Shown: piece after piece, positions 30,791 to 48,199 of the stretch
Layout: each line of letters begins with the position of its first letter
How positions within the stretch are numbered: the stretch's first letter is position 1
Source: the human T2T-CHM13v2.0 reference genome, Homo sapiens
Assembly (NCBI RefSeq): GCF_009914755.1
Contig: NC_060929.1
Direction: 5' to 3' (one strand)
DNA: 64,000 nucleotides
The notes under the pieces: generated by a model
The model's database searches: none
What the model saw: only the letters and a program-made list of their open reading frames with translations
What the model was told of the DNA's origin: nothing
Position numbers and translations under genes: made by a program

Positions 30791-31911
30791 ATGTGTAATG
30801 GAGCTGAAAAACTCCTATTGCCTAATGATGTCATAACACAACTTTCCTATAGTCAGATATGTTTGCATACACAAATACTTTCTATTGTGTTAGAATTGCC
30901 TATAGTGTTCAGTACAGTAACATGTTATACAGGTTTGTAGCCTTGGGGCCATAGGCTATATTACATATAGCCTATATGTAATATAGTATATGTATATGTA
31001 TATGTATGTATATACATATAGTGTATGTATATGTAATATTACATATAGCCTATGTGTGTAGTAAGCTATACTGTCTAGGTTTGTGTAAGTACACTCTGTG
31101 ATGTTCACAGAGGAAAAAAATCACCTAATAAATTTCTCTGAACATACCACTGTTGTTAAGTGCCACGTGACTGCACTTGCAAATTTAAGGTTTTGTTCTC
31201 AGCTACCTGAACTGGGAAACAAATAATCAGTGAAGTCCATAATTACTATCATTACCACTCTGGCTATAGAATGTCCAATTGACAGTGTATTGTCAGCATA
31301 GCCTTTAAAAAAATCATTGTCTGAACAAAGAAGATAATGAATGCCAGAAAAATTATTATTATGGAAATTTTTCCCCCTGTTAATATTGGTCCATTTTACC
31401 TAATTCTCATTTTAAATGTAATTGCAATGACAGACAGTTGGCATTTCCTTGCGATGTTTCAGAAACTTTCACAAATCCCTAAATCGTCTGTATATTCCTT
31501 TAGGACTTTGCCACACACACATTATTGTATCACAGAAACAAAAGTTTTACCATGTCATTAGAGTTACTGTACAGTCCACAATGAGCAGAAAACAATTTTA
31601 ACCATCCGGAGTTGAGTTTGCTGAGCTAAGTGACTCAGTTGTCCACACTTACAAGCCTTGGCAGCTTCTAAGAGGAAAGTAACCTTGGCTAACTTTTAAA
31701 TTTTAATGTGGCTCATGGATCTTTGGGGGCCACGTGCTCCTAAAATGAGCATTTTATCTGTGAGTGTCACAGGTTTCTATGTTTAAAGTTTTCATGTTTG
31801 AGATTAGTCCAGAATTGGAAGTTGGCAAATTGCTTACAAATTTTTATCTGAACTTTTAAAATAGATATAAAACTTAAAGAATATGAGCTCTTTATCTTTT
31901 CTTTTACTTAG

Positions 31912-32097
31912 ACCTCAGAAAGTACTACTACAGTAAAAAGCAAAGTTGATGAAAGAGAAAAATATATGATAGGAAACTCTGTACAGAAGATCAGTGAACC
32001 TGAAGCTGAGATTAGTCCTGGGAGTTTACCAGTGACTGCAAATATGAAAGCCTCTGAGAACTTGAAGCATATTGTTAACCATGATGATGTTTTTGAG
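31912..32097 (+). CDS. ERBIN: ERBIN exon (TSESTTTVKSK...HDDVFE)
   Basis: acttag acceptor, GAG|gtatga donor, 186 nt. Confidence 0.95.
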
Positions 32098-32505
32098 GTA
32101 TGATTTTATGATTATTCTGGAGCAACTATAAGAACTTTCAATTTAATATTTTATTGTTGCTAAATAAAGACCTGATACTGATTGTAGAAAATATGTTAAT
32201 GCATTCATCATTGAGAAATTTCATATCTGCAAAAATATCACTCACTTGTCACTTTAAACTTACAAATTATTATGCCCTTTGTATTCAGATGTTTATGCGA
32301 ATTAGATTATAGATAGTCTAGGCTACTGTAAAATACATAATTGCTTTTATTTCTGTAACTTAAAAATGAAAAGACTACTATAGGCATACCCAATTATTTA
32401 ACTTATTTATGCATTTATCCTTGAAAGTGAAAGATTTTTTGGTTGAATGTCTGAGACAGTTTTTAGATGTGGAGTTTCTTCTAGTGGATAAATAAAAGCT
32501 GGAAC

Positions 32506-33105
32506 TTTTTTTAAAAAACAGCTTTATTGAGATATAACTCACATATCATACAAATCACTTATTTAAAGTATTCAATTCAGTGGCCTTTAGTATATTTACC
32601 AAATTGTGCAGCCATTACTACAGTGACTTTTAGAACATGTTTCTCACCCCAGAAAGAAATTCCATACTCTTTACCTGTTACTCCTCACTCTTTATCCCCT
32701 TTGGCCCTAGGCAACCAAAAATCTACTTTATATGCCTCTGTAAATTTGCCTATTCTTGACATTTCATTTAAGTGGAATCATACAATATGTGGTCTTTTGT
32801 GCCTGGTCTGTTTCACCTAGCATAATGTGTTCAAGTTTTTGTATGTTATAGCATATATCAACACAGCATCCATTTTTATGACCGAATAATACTACATTGT
32901 GTATATCCACCCTTTGTTCATCCATTCTTCAATTAATGGACATTTTAATTATTTCCACTTTTTGGCTGTAATGAATAAGTCTGCAGTGAATTTTTGTGTA
33001 CAGGTTTTTGTGTGGATATATATTTTCATGAATGAAAAATGATTGCACCATTTTATATTCCCTTCATACACTGCTAGTGGTAATGTAAAATGGTGAAGCT
33101 GTAAC
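32506..33105 (-). mobile_element. L1MB-like 3' fragment
   Basis: CAGCTTTATTGAGATATAA...TTTGCCTATTCTTGACATTTCAT. Confidence 0.75.
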
Positions 33106-34225
33106 TTTTTAATATGAATATCTGAAGTGTTTCTGATTTATAGCTGCATTGTTCACTGCAGTACATACTAGCTACAAGTGGCTATTTAAGTTAATACATC
33201 TTCATCCCTAAAATTTCAAAATGCATTCAAGCACACCATCTCTTTTCCTGGTTATCCTGTGAGCTGTCATTTACAACAGGAATAATTTTTTAAAAAAAGG
33301 ATGGTTAATATCACTCAATACGCTATGGTATGCACTGAAGCTAATGTCACAGGCTGTGAAAAAATTATTAGGTTTGTTACAGTGAACTTATGACTCATTT
33401 AGTGTAATTTCTATGTGTAAGGCACTGTGTTTAGAGCTAAGGTGGCAGAATGGATAAGTGGATATAGGGATTTAAATGAATGCAAATATATATAATTAAG
33501 GATAGACTGTGCTAAGTGTGTTAGAAATGTACTAAGTGTTAAAGAAATTTAGGAGGAAGATTTATGGCTGCCTTGAGAAGGGGGCATTTCACCTGTGTTT
33601 TGGAAAATTTTAATTCGCAGATACAGGAGAATGGAATGAAATGGGGAAGGAATGATGAGAGTGAAAGAATGGCATTTGGAACATATGGAAAATAACATTT
33701 TATGTTACTGAATAACATAAAATGTTATGTTATTAACATTTTATGTTACTGAATAAGTCAGAGACAATATTATGAAATAAGATCAGTAGAGTAGACAGGG
33801 CCCTGATTACGAGGCTCTGAAAAGCCAAGCTAAGAAGTTTGAACTTAATGTTCTGTAGTGTTGAGGAGCCACTAAAGGCTTTTAATAGAGTGTTACTCTA
33901 ATTCATAGAGCTATATATGGTTGAAAGTTACTATAGTTGTAAGAATATTATAGGAGATGCAGCACGTGAACATCTCAGTATAAAAAAGGGAATAGAGGAG
34001 CAGTATCCTAATGTTTGATTAGGATAATGGTGCCATGAAAAGGATAGAGGTACAAATTGTACAAACAGTCTTGGAAGGACTGGTTGTTATTTTATTGCCG
34101 TATCTTGAAAAGGTTTAATATGTGTTTATAATATTTGTTTTCCCTTTAAAGTCTTATGACTTAATATTTATTTATTTAAAGAAACAAAAATTTAATTTTT
34201 ATCCCCCTCACCCCCTTTTCACTAG

Positions 34226-34340
34226 GAATCTGAAGAACTTTCTTCTGATGAAGAGATGAAAATGGCGGAGATGCGACCACCATTAATTGAAACCTCTATT
34301 AACCAGCCAAAAGTCGTAGCACTTAGTAATAACAAAAAAG
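34226..34340 (+). CDS. ERBIN: ERBIN exon (ESEELSSDEEMKM...SNNKK)
   Basis: cactag acceptor, G|gttaga donor, 115 nt. Confidence 0.95.
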
Positions 34341-36011
34341 GTTAGATGTTAAAGGAAAGTGCTAAGAATAGAAATTGCCTCAATAAATTTATAAATTTTT
34401 TTGAAATAAATTTCATTGAATATTATGTTATTTGATACATTTTAGAAACAAATTTTTAGACATGGCTTTCTGAAAGGTTCTCTTTCCTTCTCTCTCATTT
34501 TTAGGGAAAGTCCTTGATAGTCTTTTCTTTCTCCTCATGCAAATTTACTTATAAAGGCATGGACTTTACCGACAGATAAACTTGGATTGTTCATTTCTGC
34601 CACTTATCTGCTGTGTAATCCTTGAGTTAATTTTATCCATGTGTACATATCTGATTTGACATACAATGAGGCTAATGAAGGATTTTTGCATCAAATAGGC
34701 TAGATAATGTATCTTTTAGCACAGTACCTTATGTATAGTAGGTGCTCGTTATTTTATTGATTGTATCACAAAACATTTTTTTACACTCCGTCCAACCTCT
34801 GCCAGCCATTCTTTCATATAAGACAATCTTAGACTCTTAGAGATCTTGAAGGATATGTATCCTTTCCCTCACCCCTCCCCTCTAGCACCTGAGTATCTTT
34901 ACATCATCTTCCTCAAATGTTTAGCCGTTTGTCTTTATGGCATCAATGATACTTATTATCAAGGTGGCCCTTGGATAGCTTGGGTTCATTTTGTAGTAGT
35001 GATACCTAGAATTTGTTGAGCACTAATTGCTTAGGTACTATACTAAATATTTTACGTGTTATTATCTAATTGTCACAATAACCCCCATGATGAGGTGGAA
35101 GTGGAGTGTATCTAAGAAAGAACTTAACAACCATCTATTTTAATGGTTAAGTTAAGAGCTCAAAACCTAAATACACTGAGATCAAAGTTAGAGTCCATTT
35201 GCTACTGTTAACTGTAAATACAATCCGGACTACTTGAGCTGTGCTCCTAAGATCTCAGAACATCAAAGATATCCTTAATTCATATAATCATCTATGGATA
35301 TGTCTATATACACTATTTCTGTGATTTGGCTAGAATTCAGTTAGTTAAAAAAAAATTTGTAGCACTACTTTAAAAAAATACTACTTGTTATACTACCTAT
35401 TATAGAATATGAACACTTGTCTGTTTCTGTTCATGTAATTGCTACACACACAACCACCTTACATACTGAGAGTTTACCATTCATAAACAAGTTTATGAAA
35501 TGTTTTAAAAACATTAAGAAAGAGCTGACCTTTGAAAATTCCTTGATTTGTTTGGTGATTGTATGTTTGTGGATTGAATTGCTTATTTTTATTAGAGTAG
35601 ATGGGAAAAAATTCCATATATGTATGAAATAATTTCTTGCCCAGTTGAGTTCAGAAAGGTTGTAAATGAATTTTCATTATCAGTTTTTCAAATTGTAAAT
35701 GGGTGAAAAGTATATTCATTGAAATTAACTGACCTTAGAAAACAGTACATAATAATATCACCTTGTCAGTAACTAAATCGAATTCTTAATAACCCCAGCA
35801 TTGGTTACTTTTTGAAAAATTATATCACCATCTAAAAATTATTTAATCTTTGTATTAGGACTGAATTTTCAGGGGTGCTTCCAATTATCAATATAATTTA
35901 TTACCTCATATATAGAACCAGGATGGTATAATTGCCATTTGTCATCACTGAAAAGAATTTCACACAATTCTTGGGGAATTTATCATTAATCTTAAATTTG
36001 TTTTGTTTCAG

Positions 36012-36195
36012 ATGATACAAAGGAAACAGATTCTTTATCAGATGAAGTTACACACAATAGCAATCAGAATAACAGCAATTGTTCTTCTCCATCTCGGATG
36101 TCTGATTCAGTTTCTCTTAATACTGATAGTAGTCAAGACACCTCACTCTGCTCTCCAGTGAAACAAACTCATATTGATATTAATTCCAAAATCAG
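36012..36195 (+). CDS. ERBIN: ERBIN exon (DDTKETDSLSDEV...INSKIR)
   Basis: tttcag acceptor, AG|gtgtgt donor, 184 nt. Confidence 0.95.
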
Positions 36196-36805
36196 GTGTG
36201 TGAACCTCTTTTACAGTTTTTTATTTATACAATAAATAGAAGTAGTAAGGCAGATAACAAATACATAAATATATAGGGTTTAATAAATATTATAGAAGTG
36301 GTTCCAGTAATATGTTTTATTTCCCCATTTTTATTGCTGATTTTCCATTTAGTTTTTATACATTTCCATCTTAAATTAGATTTTTAAATGGGGAAGAATA
36401 GACTAGATTCTCAATCTCTGGTTAAAAAGTTGAATATTTATATATTTTTAGATATGGCAACATAAACAGCATATTTGAGGTAATTTAAGTTGAAAGGAGT
36501 ATTTTTATAGTTAGAAATGCAGAATCATTTTGAGGGGCTGCCATTAAAGGGTTCATTCAGATACTCTTGACTGGTGGTGTATATTTGGCTTAGGCTTAAT
36601 TTTGTAGGACACACTCACTGAGAGAGAGATAAATGTTAATTTGTATAGCCTGGAATTTAGCTGAAGTCTAAAACACATTTTATTATTTAGGCTCTTGAGA
36701 AATTGGTTGTCTATAATGTTGGCAGTGGGTTTGAAAAGAAAAAAAAAGAAGAAATTTCGTTATCAGAGTAAGGCCCTGCCATTCTACCATAGTGTTACTC
36801 TATCA

Positions 36806-37444
<639 letters not shown>

Positions 37445-38635
37445 GATCGGGGTTACTACTAAACCAAAAGTTTAATGTGTGGATATTTTTAATAGTCATT
37501 TAGAGTTGTTCTTAAATTTCATGCATATTTAAGTAAAATTTGTATATATTAATGTGTGTTGTTGGAAAAGGGAGGTGAATTTTATGCCTGAAAATGAGTT
37601 TAGGTACTGTGTAATTATAATCACAATCAATCATTTATTTCTATTCTTTGAATTTGAAGCTATGAGCTGCTGTTTAAAATACTAATTTTTATAACCTCCT
37701 AGATATTATCGTATTAATTTGTTGAATAATAAAATTTTATTTATTGTTGGGAAAGCGGTATGATATTTTCTAAATCCTGCTTTTAATATAATGAAATAAA
37801 GCCTAAGCAAGGAATACAGCAACACCTTTTTGTGCTGTATTTCTAGTAATGAAAGTTATCTTTTTTGTAATGGGAAGACCAGTATTAGGGAATTTTTGTG
37901 GAAACATAACTTGAATATGTATACAAGAGGACACAAATACTTAATATCACAGGTAGAAATAAAATATTTTGTATAATTTTGGAATGACACATTTAAAAGT
38001 ATTTACCAAATACAGCTAGCTACTTAGAAGAGTGATTAGACTTCATTTATCTTTCTATGCCTTTTACATATTTGATGTTAAACTTTGGACAATTATTCAG
38101 TTCTTTGCTTTGTACAATTTTCTTACCTATATATTTGAATGTAATAACAACTGTGTACTTCGTTAACTATGGTTAATTTGGTTAATAATGTAAGGCTTCA
38201 AAATTAACTGTAAAAATGTCCTTTGCTCTTTACTCCACTATTCATGTTACTAGGTTTCTCTCCATATATCTGCCCTCCCTCAAGCATTTTGTTTTTTTAG
38301 CACATTCATGAAAAGATGCAGCAAACATTAAAATTTTATTCGTAGTTCAGCCCTTTAAATTATTTTGTGACAAATCAGATTGAGTGTATTGATGAAAATT
38401 AATCTTGGTATTATCTATGAATTTTAATTGTATTACTTGTCTCCAACTGAATATAAAGCTCTATTAACTATTAAGATAATATTTTAAAATTACATGCTTG
38501 ATAATAAATGCCTTTTGTCTTTGACTTTTATTAACTTTTTTAACTTGTCTACCTACACAATTTATTTATTAATGTTCCCTGTTACTAAGAAAACTCGGCT
38601 TTATTATGTTTTTCATAAAATTATCTTTATTTTAG

Positions 38636-40181
38636 GCAAGAAGATGAAAATTTTAACAGCCTTTTACAAAATGGAGATATTTTAAACAGTTCAACAGAGG
38701 AAAAGTTCAAAGCTCATGATAAAAAAGATTTTAACTTACCTGAATATGATTTGAATGTTGAAGAGCGATTAGTTCTAATTGAGAAAAGTGTTGACTCAAC
38801 AGCCACAGCTGATGACACTCACAAATTAGATCATATCAATATGAATCTTAATAAACTTATAACTAATGATACATTTCAACCAGAGATCATGGAAAGATCA
38901 AAAACACAGGATATTGTGCTTGGAACAAGCTTTTTAAGCATTAATTCTAAAGAGGAAACTGAGCACTTGGAAAATGGAAACAAGTATCCTAATTTGGAAT
39001 CCGTAAATAAGGTAAATGGACATTCTGAGGAAACTTCCCAGTCTCCTAATAGGACTGAACCACATGACAGTGATTGTTCTGTTGACTTAGGTATTTCCAA
39101 AAGCACTGAAGATCTCTCCCCTCAGAAAAGTGGTCCAGTTGGATCTGTTGTGAAATCTCATAGCATAACTAATATGGAGATTGGAGGGCTAAAAATCTAT
39201 GATATTCTTAGTGATAATGGACCTCAGCAGCCAAGTACAACCGTTAAAATCACATCTGCTGTTGATGGAAAAAATATAGTCAGGAGCAAGTCTGCCACAC
39301 TGTTGTATGATCAACCATTGCAGGTATTTACTGGTTCTTCCTCATCTTCTGATTTAATATCAGGAACAAAGGCAATTTTCAAGTTTGATTCAAATCATAA
39401 TCCCGAAGAGCCAAATATAATAAGAGGCCCCACAAGTGGCCCACAATCTGCACCTCAAATATATGGTCCTCCACAGTATAATATCCAATACAGTAGCAGT
39501 GCTGCAGTCAAAGACACTTTGTGGCACTCCAAACAAAATCCCCAAATAGACCATGCCAGTTTTCCTCCTCAGCTCCTTCCTAGATCAGAGAGCACAGAAA
39601 ATCAAAGTTATGCTAAACATTCTGCCAATATGAATTTCTCTAATCATAACAATGTTCGAGCTAATACTGCATACCATTTACATCAGAGACTTGGCCCAGC
39701 AAGACATGGGGAAATGTGGGCCATCTCACCAAACGACCGACTTATTCCTGCAGTAACTCGAAGTACAATCCAGCGACAAAGTAGTGTGTCCTCCACAGCC
39801 TCTGTAAATCTTGGTGATCCAGGCTCTACAAGGCGGGCTCAGATTCCTGAAGGAGATTATTTATCATACAGAGAGTTCCACTCAGCGGGAAGAACTCCTC
39901 CAATGATGCCAGGATCACAGAGACCCCTTTCTGCACGAACATACAGCATAGATGGTCCAAATGCATCAAGACCTCAGAGTGCTCGACCCTCTATTAATGA
40001 AATACCAGAGAGAACTATGTCAGTTAGTGATTTCAATTATTCACGGACTAGTCCTTCAAAAAGACCAAATGCAAGGGTTGGTTCTGAGCATTCTTTATTA
40101 GATCCTCCAGGAAAAAGTAAAGTTCCTCGTGACTGGAGAGAACAAGTACTTCGACATATTGAAGCCAAAAAGTTAGAAAAG
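38636..40181 (+). CDS. ERBIN: ERBIN large 1546-bp exon (Ser/Pro-rich linker, QEDENFNS...IEAKKLEK)
   Basis: ttttag acceptor, AAG|gtaatt donor; contains the 525-aa ORF from 38751. Confidence 0.97.
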
Positions 40182-42998
40182 GTAATTGAACATGAGTTTT
40201 TCATTATTTTCTTTATGAACTTAATTATTTTCCTTAAAAATGATGAAACAAGATTCTCTGAATTACTGATTATCTCTTTATATTCTAGGTGTTTTTCTCT
40301 GGTACTGGGAATAGAGTTCCAAATTTAAACTCAGCCAGGACAATTGGGATGATAATGTGTGTTTCTATCCTCTCCTTCACTCCCCACTGTTTCTAACAAA
40401 AATGTATTAATTTTATATGTTTATGTGTCTGTCTCTTTGAGATTGTGCACACATACTAAAAATACACGTACCTCTGTTCAGCATTTTCTGAACTTTGCTA
40501 TTAATAATTGTTGATTATCTAAATTTAAAAAATAGTTTACTATATAGTTAAGACAATAACAAAAAATGTATTGCAAATGTAAATATTTCATCTAATATTT
40601 TTTCCCCAGTCCACAGTATATGAACTAACATTGTCACTGACACAGATGGCTTCTGGCATGGCATTTATTCTTAACTTTTCTGAATTTCTACATTTCTGAC
40701 CTACTTAAACTCAGTTAAGTGTTTCTGTGGCTCTAGTGTTGCTTAGCAATAGTTGATTAAATAACTAATGCTCGTGTTCAATTTATAATTTTATGTGTAG
40801 ATGTTCATCTTTTGAAAGGAGTTAAAAATGTAGATACAGATATATATCCTTGTAAAACCAATATGAATGCCATAGTCATATGGCCCAAGTGTACAAGACA
40901 TGATTTTTCTTTAAGATTTAACTTTATACTTACTCACTAGATTTTACCCAAGCATTATCTTTCTTTCTTTATTAAATATAAAATGTGTTCTTAAAAACAG
41001 GTGAACATACAACTTCAATTAGCCATTTTTAAAAATTCCTTAAATAAAATTTTCAGAAATGCCTAAAATATATTAGTACCTCATATCAGTTTACATGAAA
41101 TCTCAGCCTATAATTGTTCTTTTTAGTGCAGTCCTCAACTTTAAATGAACTTTAAATAGGTAAATATCCACAAGCATTAGGCTACTTCATTCTCATCTAT
41201 GCATTTTATTTCATCTAGTAACTCTGTACACACTGTTGAGGCTATTTGAACTTTTGTGCTTTTTCTAAGGCACTTGGAAATTTCTTAAGCAGAAGAGTAA
41301 CATAGGTGTGTTTTATAAATAAATTTCTGGTGACGTTGTGGAACTAGATTTTAGAGGAAGAGGCTGTAGTCAAAGAGATTGAGTTATGATGCCGTTTAGT
41401 AATCTAGATAAGAAATGAAATGTGAACTTTTATCAGTGCAGTTAAGACAAATGAGTTCAAGAGAGAGCTCTGAAATAGACTTTTAACAAGAGTTTACTTC
41501 TGATTGAATATTCCTGTAATCAATCAGAAAGGAAAAGGGATAAAGCTTGAGATTGTGCCTTAAATAACTGGTTGTTGGGAATGTCTTTGGCTATTAGTGG
41601 ACATAGAGGAGGAGTAGGAGATTTGGAAGAAGAGATGAGTTTGGTTTTTATGTTCTGTGTAGTTTTCATCTTATATGGCTGTTTTCCTACTCCTGTCTGA
41701 CAGATATACCTGGATTTCAGTACATAAGAAGCAAGTAGTAACTATCTCATTGTTCAGTGTGCCAATCCGCTTTTTTTTTTAATTGCCTGAAATATTTACA
41801 TATTTTGAAATTCACGGTACGGGTTCTTGAAGAGTATATGACAGTAGTTTCCTAGTTGTTTTCACTAGTAATTTAGAGGTGTGAATTAGTTGATTGAAAC
41901 TAAAGAGAAGCCTTATGAGAAAAGAAACAGGGCAAACTGTGTCTGAACACAAATCTGCACCTGATAACTCCCATTTTCAAGGATATCATACTTTGAAGTT
42001 ACGAGGGGTGCTTGTTCTCTCATCATTTGCTTGCCCAGACTCCTGCCTTCCAGACCACTAGTTGACTACACTGTAGTATCTTCTAGCTCATCAGTTGGGA
42101 AGCATTTCTAGCAAATACCAAAGTATATATCCTGCCGTTACCATAACTCTACTGCATTCCTTTTAGGATATTTTATTCTCCATGTCTTTCTTAAATGTAT
42201 GCTGTGTTTGCCTGTTTCAGTTCTTAAAAAGTATTCACATGTGAGACTGCTTTTACCTAACATACGTGAAACTTTTATCTTAAATGGATTCATGTTTTAT
42301 AAACCACATTTTTAAAAGAATTTAAATTTTTAAAGAATTACTTTCAAAAAAATTTTTTAAAAAGCATTTAGAGAGAATTTTAGTCTTAACAGTTCCGAAT
42401 CCTAGCTGTGCTGCTCAGTTAGCTACTTGGACAAATAACTTTGACTTTCCTTACCTTGGTGGATTCATGTGTATGTTAGGTGCAATGAAAGGAACTACTA
42501 GGATTGTTTAAAAATTAGATGGGTTAATACATGCAAAGCACTTAGAAGGGTACCTGACACATATAACTAACTGCTAAATAAGTGTTTATTGCTATTATCT
42601 TCATCCTCATCATCACCATCTTTTAAATACAAAGAAATTATCAGCTGATTAAAGTTATTTTTTTAAAACAGCAGAATATTGTGCAATAGGTTATTTTATG
42701 ATGGTAAAATAATTATTTTTCTTAAAAATTTATAGTTCATAATTTTAAAATATAAACAGATTTCATACATCAAAGATTAAGGCTTTTTTTATTATTATAC
42801 TTTAAGTTTTAGGATACATGTGCACAACGTGCAGGTTTGTTTCATATGTATACATGTGCCATGTTGGTGTGCTGCACCCATTAACTCGTCATTTAGCATT
42901 AGGTATATCTCCTAATGCTATCCCTCCCCCCTCCCCCGACCCCACAACAGTCCCCAGTGTGTGATGTTCCCCTTCCTGTGTCCATCTGTTCTCATTGT

Positions 42999-46814
<3,816 letters not shown>

Positions 46815-46877
46815 TATGATGTTAGCTGGTTATTTTGCTCATTAGTTGATGCAGTTTCTTCCTAGCCTTGATGGTCT

Positions 46878-47890
46878 TTACAATTTGGCATGTTTTTGCA
46901 GTGGCTGGTACCGGTTGTTCCTTTCCATGTTTAGTGCTTCCTTCAGGAGCTCTTTTAGGGCAGGCCTGGTGGTGACAAAATCTCTCAGCATTTGCTTGTC
47001 TGTAAGGTATTTTATTTCTCCTTCACTTATGAAGCTTAGTTTGGCTGGATATGAAATTCTGGGTTGAAAATTCTTTTCTTTAAGAATGTTGGATATTGGC
47101 CCCCACTCTCTTCTGGCTTGTAGAGTTTCTGCCAAGAGATCAGCTGTTAGTCTGATGGGCTTCCCTTTTTGGGTAACCCAACCTTTCTCTCTGGCTGCCC
47201 TTAACATTTTTTCCTTCATTTCAACTTTGGTGAATCTGACAATTATGTGTCTTGGAGTTGCTCTTCTCGAGGAGTATCTTTGTGGCGTTCTCTGTATTTC
47301 CTGAATTTGAATGTTGGCTTGCCTTGCTAGATTTGGTTAGTTCTCCTGGATAATATCCTGCAGTGTTTTCCAACTTGGTTCCATTCTCCCCGTCACTTTC
47401 AGGTACACCAGTGAGACGTAGATTTGGTCTTTTCACATAGTCCCATATTTCTTGGAGGCTTTGTTCGTTTCTTTTTATTCTTTTTTCTCTAAACTTCTCT
47501 TCACGCTTCATTTCATTCATTTCGTCTTCCATCGCTGATACCCTTTCTTCCAGTTGATCGCATCAGTTACTGAGGCTTGTGCATTCGTCACATAGTTCTC
47601 GTGCTGTGGTTTTCAGCTCCATCGGGTCCTTTAAGGACTTCTCTGCATTGGTTATTCTAGTTATCCATTAGTCTAATTTTTTTTCAAAGTTTTTAACTTC
47701 TTTGCCATTGGTTTGAACTTCCTCCTTTAGCTCGGAGTAGTTTGATCTTCTGAAGCCTTCCTCTCTCAACTCATCAAAGTCATTCTCCGTCCAGCTTTGT
47801 TCCGTTGCTGGTGAGGAGCTGCGTTCCTCTGGAGGAGGAGAGGTGTTCTGATTTGTAGTTTCTGGTTTTTCTGCTCTGTTTTTTCCCCAT
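46878..47890 (-). pseudogene. L1 ORF1 (frameshifted)
   Basis: Fragments MEDEMNEMKREEK... and ...LNMERNNRYQPLQKHAKL are split between separate ORFs. Confidence 0.9.
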
Positions 47891-48199
47891 CTTTGTGGTT
47901 TTATCTACCTTTGGTCTTTGATGATGGTGATGTACAGATGGGTTTTTGGTGTGGATGTCCTTTCTGTTTGTTAGTTTTCCTTCTAATAGTCACAACCCTC
48001 AGCTGCAGGTCTGTTGGAGTTGACTGGAGGTCCACTCCAGACCCTGTTTGCCTGGGTATCAGCAGCACTGGCTGCAGAACAGCGGATATTGGTGAACCGC
48101 AAATGCTGCTGCCTGATCATTCCTCTGGAAGTTTTGTCTCAGAGGAGTACCTGGCCGTGTGAGGTGTCAGTCTGCCCCTACTGGGGGGTGCCTCCCAGT

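Noticed and set aside
38961-38963. Codon E805, recalled as the site of a tumour neoantigen mutation (E805G)
   Set aside because: The sequence is GAG (Glu), i.e. unmutated
38876-39106. Antisense ORF in the large exon
   Set aside because: Short shadow ORF of a coding exon
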